DNA of 64,000 bases from Takakia lepidozioides (lineage: Eukaryota > Plantae > Bryophyta): NCBI GenBank assembly GCA_030704615.1, contig CM060733.1, positions 59,830,001-59,894,000 of the forward strand, in the 5' to 3' direction. Shown here one piece after another: positions 54,293 through 64,000 of this stretch (positions are counted from its first letter, which is position 1; each line of letters starts with the position of its first letter). Position numbers and translations under genes: made by a program. The notes under the pieces are model-generated. The model saw only the letters and a program-made list of their open reading frames with translations, was not told where the DNA came from and did no database searches.

Positions 54293-55599
54293 CTCTAGTG
54301 CTTCAAATCCTGATGGTTGTTCCATGTACACTTCTTCTTCTAACTCGCCGTTCAAGAATGGTGATTTCACATCCATATGGTGGATCTCAAAGTCAAGAAT
54401 AGCTCCCACTGCCAACAAAGTCCTCATAGATTCCAATTTTATCACTAGAGTGTAAGTCTCCCGGTAATCGATCCCTAGTGTTTGAGCGTAACCCTTGGCC
54501 ACCAATCTGGCTTTGAATCTATCAACCTCTCCATTAGATTTTCTCTTGATTCAAAATACTCATTTTGATCCAATGGCTTTCCTCCCTGTTGGCAACTTCA
54601 CCAATTTCCAAGTCTGATTCTTCTGAATAGACTCTAGTTCTTCCTGCGCAGCTTTCTCTCGATGTTTTGCATGTGGTCCGGCCATTGCTTCCTCCATGCT
54701 CGTTGGCTTCTCAAGAACACTAGCTGAACATGCAAAATATTCATCAGAGAGCAATCTTGTTGGTGCCTTCTTGATCCGTGTAGATCTCATTTCACCTAAC
54801 AGCTGTTCTGGCTCTTCATTGACTTCCGTTGGTTCTTCCAACTGTGTTTGAGTTTCCTCGGTCTCAGTGGGCAACTCTTCAATCTCATAATCCTCCAAAA
54901 TAATAGGTGCACTGCAATCGCTGGAGTCTTCCCTGGTAGTTGACGGGGATTCTTCCAACTTCTCCTCAAATATTACAACATCCCTGGAAATTATCATCTT
55001 CTTTGTGACTAGATCATACAAGGGGCAAGCGAAGCAGCTACCACTGCAATTGAAGATATGAGTAAGTGGAGCAACATGATGGAAGCATGGAATATTTGCC
55101 GATGTATGCTGGCTGACAAGGAGCAGCGACATGTGATGAATGAGGAGAGAGACCTGCCCGGAATCAACATGGTTCCAACACGATCTGAAAGACGTAAAGG
55201 AAAGGTGCATTCAAAGGCACTTGGGTATGATTCACCAACTAGTGAAGAGGATGATTATACAAGGGAAGAGCAGGAAGGCAAGCAGCCAGGGCAAAATCTC
55301 GCAAGCGGAAATGCAACTACAAACCGTGGAAGCAAAAAAGGGTCGACAAGCACTGAAGGCCAAAACCAAGAAGCGTCAAGATCAAGCAGCACACGGGATG
55401 AAGAGAAGAACGTCCGGGGCGCAGCTGTGACAGTTGGATTACAAATGCGATTGTTGTGCTCTGTGACAGAAGAATGTAGAGGAGCGGAGGAACTACCATC
55501 TGCGTTTATCTGTGGCCAGTGCACATGGGAGGAAAAGTGTCGGGCGCACACAAAAACGCATGAAAGCAAATGGAAGGAAGAAAGCTCGACTTACCAACG

Positions 55600-55890
55600 A
55601 ATCGAGAAATATGCTCAACCAGCCAAAATCGCAGGGCCATTGGGGTGGAGAGGAACCTGTCTAAACAAAGCACCAGTACGCGGGTTGTGTCTATGCCAAG
55701 TAGCCCTGAACAAAACATCACCATTGCTATGCAACAAAACGGACAATACACATGCAATGATCGTCATCAATCACGTTTCAAGATGGGTGAAGGTGAAACT
55801 CGGGCAAGAGAACAATGCCAAGAAGACCTCACAATTCCTAGAAGAGCAATGCGCGTATAGTTATGGACTTCCAAGCTGCACGTTGAAAAA
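55600..55890 (+). mobile_element. Degenerate Ty3/gypsy-like integrase fragment
   Basis: MIVINHVSRWVKVK..ENNAKKTSQFLEEQCAYSYGLP resembles the gypsy integrase core. Confidence 0.4.
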
Positions 55891-56731
55891 CAGAAGCAGC
55901 AGGCAAGATCTGCTGCAAGATGGTACAAGAAGGCGATGGACTAGGCCTCGAAGGGAGCTTAAGGAGCTGTGCACAGTCGAAGTCACTGAGCACACTGAAG
56001 GTGCCACCGAGGACGGAGACAACAAAAAGACGGAGTGCTCTACAGCTGTAGGGTAAAAACGCTGGGACTTGTGTTTTCTTTTCGGACATGGATTCGGTCA
56101 AGATACTTGTCGGGTGACGGGGGTTGCTATTTCATATGCACAGGTTGCGTACATGCATGCACAAAATCTCTTATTATATATGCATGTGACAAATTTGTAT
56201 GCACACATTATAGATTGTATGCAGTGGAGTTATATAGCATAGAATATGACGTATTTATTGCATATGCAAATGTTACATCATATGTATATAGAAAAAAATA
56301 AAATAAAAATCTTAGCTAACAAAATCAGTAGTCAATGGTCAAAGATGCATGTGACCACTAACTCCAACTAATGCACCACCTTAAACTGAAGAGAATACAA
56401 GATCCCTGGCCAAAGTAATAGTTTGCAAACTTGTATTCAAGGAAAACAGTTTCATATTAACCAAAATATGGACTTTTGTACTAACAAATGCATATGTGTC
56501 ATGTTTGGAACCACCACATTGCATGTCTGTTTGTAATGCCAAGCAGTTCTATAATTTGAAAACTTGTATGACAGGTACACAAGTTCCATTTTAACCAAAA
56601 TAGGAACTTCTGTACTAACAAATGCTATGTGTCATGTTTGGAATAAAGTAGTAACAAGATAATTACATGTCACATGCATGAAAATGAACGGCACAAGTTA
56701 GAGGTTCTTTTTTTGTGCATTTCATGTGTCA

Positions 56732-59700
56732 CTAAGAAGTTGAACTAGGGTCCTTCTTTAGCATAGCCCTAACCTCTAACTGGCTAAGGGAAGGTTGGTG
56801 GATCTCATAAGCCCCGGCGCATCCTAGATGCACGTTGTACATGAAGTACATGTGCTTACAAGGTAGATATGTTTGTTTTTTCTTCTTGACAGATAGCTCA
56901 TCAAAGTCGGGACAATCACAAGATGGAAACTGACCAATGTATACATTGTAAACCAATCCTGCTCTGGTAGATCCCTCTGTTTGTAGCTGGTAAATTCTCC
57001 CATAACCTGGCTGAGGCACGTTTCTGAATCCACGAACCTCAGCAATAAGAGTCTCCGCTGACTCTTGGCGACTCAAGTGTCGAGGAGTCGGATCCCGACG
57101 CCGAATGCGCACCCCATAGCGTGTAGTGGGATACTTACCCACAGAAGGACAACACCTTGATGAATATGTTGTTCCACTGGAAGTGGTCCCACAGGAAAGT
57201 TCGGATCAGGAACGTTGGGAGGATGGACTAGTCGAAAACCTGCAAGGGTCAAGTTGTCCACCTCTTCTTGTGTAAGGTTGGTTCCAACCTTCACAGGCCA
57301 CACGTTAGGTATACCCGGTTTTCCCAAGCAATAGGATGGCACGGTCCCTCCAACACACGACAAAACATCTGTGGGGCAAAACCAAAAAACTTGCAGTTTT
57401 GGTTCTTTCATGTTCGGTGCTAGTAACTTGCCAGTGAAGCAAGGTGCAGGACTTCCTTTACCTTTCCTGATGAGCGCTTTGCATTTATCTTTGGAAACTC
57501 CAACCAAGGCAGAACAACGAACCATGGAAGCAGGACCTGTCCGCTGAATCCTGAACAATGCATCGGAAAAGTCTTGTGTCTCTCTCACTGGATTTCCCCA
57601 TTGCATTGGCTGAGGAGGGATAGCAACATGTGGATTTGTCTCACAGAAAGTCGAAGAACCAGGAATGTCATGACTTGATTTGGAGCTGACAAACCTAGAT
57701 GGCTGGTGTGGACTGGGCATCCCAGTGGCGCGCACTGGAACAGTCTTTACATTCATATCACACCTCCAAGATTCGTTTGGCCCACCATGCTCATCGCCTA
57801 ACTTGCGTTTGACTGGAATAGTGCGATTGTCTCCCTCCAATTGAACCCCCCTTGTGTGCATGGGTGTTCCAGCTACTATGCCACGTACAACCTTACCCAT
57901 TTTTGCTGGGCTATTAGATCTAGCTGCTTGACGCAACATGAGCTCCTCTTTGTCGGGCCCCGTCCCCCATGTCTTTCCTGTGGTGTGCCTGTAAAATGTT
58001 GCCTGCTGCAAAAGAGCTCGTGACATGTCATGCATGGTGGCCTCATATAGATCCACCTTCATTTTTTTCCCATTGCCTGCTGTCTTCCACCAAGCAGAAT
58101 GGACTGCCTCAGACAAATTAGTGGTAGGCATATCTGCATCTGCCTCCACATCCATGTCCTCTCTCATCCATTGGCCCCACATTCGATATCTGTAGTGCCA
58201 CCATGCAAGCCATGAATCCAGTTTTGGCAGACTCTTTTCTGTGCATGCTCCTGAAGAGAGCCACCAAGCCCGAATTGCAATGTATGTGGTTGTAGCATCC
58301 TCCAAGGTAGCACTATCTTTCCATTCATAACAGAGCTGAGTGTGCCTTTCACGGAAGTCCTCCAAGATATAGTCGTTGGTGTGTCTTCGGAGGCTTTCAG
58401 CCCAATGATATAAACATGTTCTTTCTTTACCTTCCATTGGGACATTGGGATCAGATCCATAAACCCTTCGAACAGCAGCCCAATTCGCTCCTGCTGCATC
58501 CGCCATGAAGCCAGCAAAATTTGGTTTGTTCAAGCCAGCAAGTTTTGCTTGTTCATTGATCATCTCCCAGAATAACACCTGAGCATCTGCATCCTCTGTT
58601 TTCATATCGCAAATGGCAATGGTCATCATTCGCTTGACATATGGTTCATAGACATGACACGCAAGAGTTGTCCAATCCTTGATGCGTTTGACATGGTCAA
58701 ATACTACCCAACTTGTGCGTAGATCCCCCTCACTCATGCGACGCACAAGATCAACACCACTCCCGGGACCAGCAACAGACATCTTGAAAACATGGGGGAG
58801 ATGAGAAGTATGCTGGCCTGGAAGGAGATTGCTGTGAATGAAATGGTATGTACTCAGACGCTTCAACTCCAATATGGACATGATGGAATTGACACGTGCA
58901 GATGCGACCTTGTTTTTCACATTGGGGCTACAAACATGGGCAAACTCTTCAAGAATATCTTCCAAAGCCTCTCCCTCAAGACGTACTGTCTCTGTGCCAT
59001 CAGCCACAAGAACTCGATCAATCAAGAGCTTTTGGGCCATTGACAAGGAAATAGCTCCCGGGGTCGACCATGGCTTCATCTTAACGTGCTCTTGAATCAT
59101 GCTTGATGCATTTTCCGCAGCCTCTCTATTCTCGCCCTTGGCACATGGATGGTTATGAAACCCAACGTGAACTGCAACACGTGTATATGTTGGAAGGGAA
59201 CTTGTGACATAGTACATTCTTGCCCCACAATGCGCCTCACAGAAAGGTCTTTCTTTGCAGAAACTACACTTGAACTGGTTGAATGGAACTTGGGCTCCTG
59301 CAATGAACACCTTGTCTGCATTGCCTTCCCAATAGCGGTCATTCCGTTCTCCTTCTTTCTTGAAGAAGGGGCAAGTGCTGCTTTGACATATGAGCTTTCC
59401 AACACAAAGAACCTTACTACATTTCACATGATCTGGAACACCAGACATATTGTAGGTATTGGTCTTGCACCAAGGATGACCATCAAACTTGCGGTCCATG
59501 CCTTGGAGGGACTGTGAACCACGGTCCGTACGTAGTTTGACCACGGGGGGGAGTTCGTGGATCACTTTTCCATCAAAAGCTCGAGGAAGACACCGAACAC
59601 GATGCACTGGAATGTGACTATAGTCCAAGGTAGAAAGCTCTCCTTTTGATCCATTCCTCCGAGCAGTGGCCAAGATACTCAAAATGGACAACACACCAGA

Positions 59701-60273
59701 AGGAAATGCAGATGTAGCCTCCCCTGCTAGTCGTGGAGATGAAGATAAACCCCTCGCAGATTCGCAACAATCAGACGTGGTGTTGTCCAATGGAGTTTTC
59801 CGAGGCTTCATGTCGTGAAGCAAGACCGTATGAGCAGATGAGGAAGGTTGAGATCCACAAAATACACTCTTAGAAACCTCAACACAATCCGAATTATGAG
59901 ACCCCAAGCTCGCCGAATCTGCAACCTCCTCCTTCAATTTACAACTCCCATTTGTTGCAGCTTGATCGTTCTTTCTTGCAATAGAAGTGTGCCTCTCATC
60001 ATGTGACTGTGTATAGCTCGTACCTGTGACACGGTACTTGGAGAAAGTGTCTGGAAACAACTCCCATTGCTTTTGGCCGTCATTGAAAACTGGAAGCAAC
60101 ACTGTGGAGGCATCATCATCTCCATCATCCTCCAAAAAAACTGAACCCGGAACAAGTTTGAATCTATTGCATAACCAAGGTTCTGGGATAATGCACTTGT
60201 TTCCATTGCAAGGATAACGAACCACTTTTGCATCAGGTGGACATGAAAGCACTGCATATTTTGGTGTAGACAT
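56732..60273 (-). CDS. Divergent MULE-type transposase with GCM-like Zn domain, DDE core and C-terminal SWIM (SWIM in a shifted frame)
   Basis: ORF 60273-57073: DGHPW..CVGKLIC..CPF..CSFC..CGARMY..HVGFHNHP; VFDHVKR, FMADAAGAN, CLYH, TTNLSEAVH. Overlapping ORF 57142-56732: YIGQFPSCDCPDF...CKHMYF. Confidence 0.8.
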
Positions 60274-60556
60274 TTGGCAATGCCCTCAAAGTTTGAGAGA
60301 AGATGCAAAATGAATGAAAGCGCACATCTTGCAAGACCTTATGCAAATACATTAAATGGCTTACATTACTTATGTGTATCATCAATCCAGAAGGTCCAAA
60401 TTTTTTGAGGCATGTGCTCCATCCATATTATTCTCTGACAGAAACAACTAAATGGACTATCCCCTATTTTTAAGACGACGGCGCCGTTGTTGAGATCTTA
60501 GAATCCAATGTACTGCCTTCTTCTTATGAGCATATGAAACATAAATGCTCTGCATG

Positions 60557-61056
60557 NNNNNNNNNNNNNNNNNNNNNNNNNNNNNNNNNNNNNNNNNNNN
60601 NNNNNNNNNNNNNNNNNNNNNNNNNNNNNNNNNNNNNNNNNNNNNNNNNNNNNNNNNNNNNNNNNNNNNNNNNNNNNNNNNNNNNNNNNNNNNNNNNNNN
60701 NNNNNNNNNNNNNNNNNNNNNNNNNNNNNNNNNNNNNNNNNNNNNNNNNNNNNNNNNNNNNNNNNNNNNNNNNNNNNNNNNNNNNNNNNNNNNNNNNNNN
60801 NNNNNNNNNNNNNNNNNNNNNNNNNNNNNNNNNNNNNNNNNNNNNNNNNNNNNNNNNNNNNNNNNNNNNNNNNNNNNNNNNNNNNNNNNNNNNNNNNNNN
60901 NNNNNNNNNNNNNNNNNNNNNNNNNNNNNNNNNNNNNNNNNNNNNNNNNNNNNNNNNNNNNNNNNNNNNNNNNNNNNNNNNNNNNNNNNNNNNNNNNNNN
61001 NNNNNNNNNNNNNNNNNNNNNNNNNNNNNNNNNNNNNNNNNNNNNNNNNNNNNNNN
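60557..61056. other. Assembly gap (500 N)
   Basis: Run of N. Confidence 1.
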
Positions 61057-61164
61057 CTCTTCCTTCTTTCCTTTTCTTTAATTTCTAATTAATTTATATA
61101 AATGTGCTTTTGAAAAAAATAAAACGAGTCCTCAGTCATAAGTTTGAGTCAAGTTTATCACCAA

Positions 61165-61340
61165 CAGTCAGTAGCTCAGTTAGATAGTGCACTGAGTGGC
61201 ACCCAGATGGATTTGGGGTCAAATCCTGCTACCTTGACGGGTGTGGTATGTCCTTCTCCCCCTCTCCTTTTAGGGGGTGTCCAACGCGAAAGCCTTCACG
61301 GCGAGGCTACTGCGAAAGATGTTATTTCTCACTGTAATTA
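61165..61340 (+). mobile_element. Possible tRNA-derived SINE remnant
   Basis: A-box-like TAGCTCAGTTAG and B-box-like GGTCAAATCC at tRNA-like spacing, followed by a non-tRNA body; no intact cloverleaf. Confidence 0.4.
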
Positions 61341-64000
61341 AGTGGCCTCTGTCTGCATTTAACATTCTCAGTTGGCACCATTCGGACGGGTGAGATGCGG
61401 CCTCAAGCCAATGGCTAAGATCGACCTGGAAGATTCACAACACATGCAGGTCATGAACGTCAAGAGGTCTTATGAGGACTCTCTTTTGACTGTTGGGATT
61501 GGCTGTGCAATGTGAGAGAGGGCCTTTCACCGCTAAAACCTGCTCTTTATTTTCCTTTGTATTTTTTAGGGCATTTTGAAGCAGAACTCCCCAGGATGCA
61601 CAAGTGGAATGGAACCAGTCCTGCCATTTGGGGGCGGGAGCGTTGAACAGGTGGTTCCATTTCTGGAACCTCATTGCCAGAGAGAGATGCAATTTTGTCC
61701 CTTGGATGACATATCATCTAGGGTTGATGTGAGGCCAGCGTGTCAGAGGGTGGAACCAGGTGAGCAAATTTTCACACAGCGGAAAAGTTCCTGCCCCAGG
61801 ACTTTCCGCTAGGGTAACTGTACCTATCATTGCCCATTTAAGACTTTGAGAACAGCCATAACTTGTTCATATGATCATATTATGGTGCAAAATTTGGACC
61901 TAGGGGAGGTTGGCAAGTTGGCTTCAAAACCCAATTTACGAAATTTGCAAAACCCAATACACAAGGGGCCTGATTTGTGAGCTGTCGCTCCAGGTGTTTC
62001 CCTATTTAAAAAGAAAAAAGAAAATACACTGCATTGAAGTGTTGGGCACAACGAGCCTATATAATCTTCATAAAACCAAGTATCATTGCCCCTATCATTG
62101 CACACCATTCGCAAACCCCTAAGCACGGTCGACGGGTGTAGAGTGATAGGCGCTGGGATGAGCATTTCTTGACAATGGATTAGGCATTTTTGCACCTAAA
62201 TCCAAAATCAATCAATCAGAAAATTAGGCATTTTTGAAAATAGGTTCTCAAAGTAGGCATTGCATGCTACAATTTTTTAGAATTAGGCCCATGAGAAGAG
62301 AAAACATCTATTTTCTTAAGAATAAATTACAAAAATAGACACCCAATGCCCAATGGGAACAATGTGGGATTTTACGGGCTTTTGAGCACACTTTCCAGGG
62401 AGAAGCTATGCGAGCAAATTTTGTAACCAATTTGTTTGCAGTGAATGATCATTTGGTGGACGTGAATGCTCAAGTCACTGAGGGTATCCCTGATATCTAC
62501 CTTGACCTTAGTGTAGAGGAAACTATGTGTAGATGTCTTGCAAATCTGCACATTGAAAATGAGGATATCCCCGATCTCAATGTGGTGGACGAAGTAGATG
62601 AAGAGATGATGACGATTAGTGAGGATGATGAGTATGATGACATCGTCGAGTCCATGCAAAAACCTTTCGAAGTTACACGGAGCTCTCGCAAATAGATTGC
62701 GATTTGTAGGAAGTTATTTCCGCACGCATATACTTGTATTGATTTTTGTTCAAAGAAATTTTGATCTTATTACAAACAACATGAGAAGAGCTTGCAAGTT
62801 TTTTGGTGGAATTTTTGGACATTAGGCACTTTGGTCCCATAATTTCCCGAAATTAGGCTTAAATCTGAAAAATTCACAAAATTCGTTAGGCACTTTTATT
62901 TTGAATTAATTATCGCCTAATCCGTTGTCCAGGGACGGTACATGATGTAAGATGTGGAGGGTGTCGAAAACGTAGACCGCCCTCGGGCCCATCCTTAAAC
63001 GGCGGAAAGTCCTCGGGCAGGAACTTTCCTCTATACATGATGTAAGATGTGGAGGGTGTCGAAAGTGTAGAACTGTCTAACACTACTGCGCACCAAGGGA
63101 ACCAGGTTTGGTGAACACAAAGGGCTAGTGTGGTATGACTATGACTCAGTATAAGTCTAGTGACCACTCAAAAGTCAAAGACTACTTTTATGTAGAATAA
63201 GATGCATTAGGGCCCCTTTGTGGTCCAAGACCAACTCAAAATGCAAGGATTCTCTTGGTCGAGGGCATTTTCTTGGTCATATGTGCTTTGCACTATGGAC
63301 CAAGACCAACAAAGTTGAGAATGATATAGCGTCTAAGTGGCATTGACTATGGCGGGATATTGTCGGTCTAGAGACCAAGACATGAACCCATGTAGTTTGG
63401 ACTCATGATCAACTCTTCAATGGACCCCGGACCAAGCATGGAAACATTAAACTGTAATTTTCTCAAATGATCCTTACCGTCCATTAGAATCAATCTTGAT
63501 TGTCTCGAGGGAAAGATGAACTTGATGGAAGTTGATATACCTCATTTTAAGTTTCTTGGTCTTGGTTCCAAGGCCTTCACACACACCCATTTTGTAGGTC
63601 CCTAGGATATTAAAATACATCTAGGGACCAATATCTGAACCAATTTGAAGCAAATTGGTTGAGAGGTTTTTTTTGGTCCCTTAGTGCCACTACATGGTCA
63701 TTTGTTTTACTCCTCTTTATTCAAAGGAGGAGACAAGGAGTGATCACAAATCGCTCTCCACATTTATACCAAGTTTCCCAAGTTGTTACCTCCTCTCCTT
63801 GGCTTGAAAAATACCTACATCCCTTCTCTAAGTAACACCTCCCACAGGTAACATCTCTATATTGAATGTCAAAAATAAATGGATGAATTTTCAAGTTTTT
63901 TTAACAAAAACATTCTTTTACAGATAGAGGGACGGCCCGTGGCCCGATCTTTAACTTTACAGCAGGTGGACTTAAAAGAAGTCCAAAGAGTACAAAGATT

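Larger units (their letters stand above)
50770..55021 (-). mobile_element. Second Ty1/copia remnant, interrupted by two DNA-element insertions
   Basis: YDLVTKKMIISRDV, NQTWKLVKLP, VAKGYAQ, MDVKSPFLNG, LYGLKQAPRVW, HVDDM, DADWAGD, STEAEY, DDMAADILTKPL. Confidence 0.92.

Noticed and set aside
60534-61088. ORFs spanning X residues
   Set aside because: Assembly gap artefacts.
61165-61240. tRNA gene
   Set aside because: A/B-box-like motifs only; no credible acceptor stem or cloverleaf. Kept as a low-confidence SINE.
61812-63620. GGGTAACTGTACCTA terminus-like motif, ATTAGGCA and GGACCAAGACC repeats, acidic ORF 62408-62695 and a duplicated ~31-bp block near 62939/63033
   Set aside because: Probably TE debris, but no paired ends, TSD or diagnostic domain within the window.

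Overview
Land-plant genomic DNA, probably a non-seed plant (inferred from gene content and intron style), with one 500-N assembly gap. Host genes: the 3' part of ARPC2, a 4.5-kb ORF for a poly-IQ protein with a C-terminal hydrophobic tail, PHT2;1, a small plastid membrane protein, CK2 alpha, an intronless GPAT4/6/8-type gene and a SAUR. The rest is a deeply nested transposon landscape whose boundaries can often be read to the base. The main candidate system is a 12.5-kb Mutator-like element (5141-17657; long TIRs; perfect 9-bp TSD CACAAGAAA). It carries two convergent genes: a SWIM/DDE transposase and a large protein with an N-terminal zinc finger, Gln-Thr repeats and a Ulp1-like protease domain. 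Its TIRs, introns and intergenic DNA are saturated with one short motif (AGTCY/RGACT) whose orientation mirrors around the element centre. This resembles the VANDAL/VANC anti-silencing design but with different parts; function is inferred only, and both genes carry lesions in this copy. The element sits inside a ~1-kb TTAA-flanked piggyBac-like element whose empty site is preserved in an adjacent repeat copy. Further right, a copia remnant is interrupted by two related GGGT..ACCC elements with 4-bp TSDs (Sola2-like), one of which carries a hAT MITE. A second, divergent MULE transposase has a GCM-like zinc domain. All calls come from reading the sequence by eye; no database searches were run.
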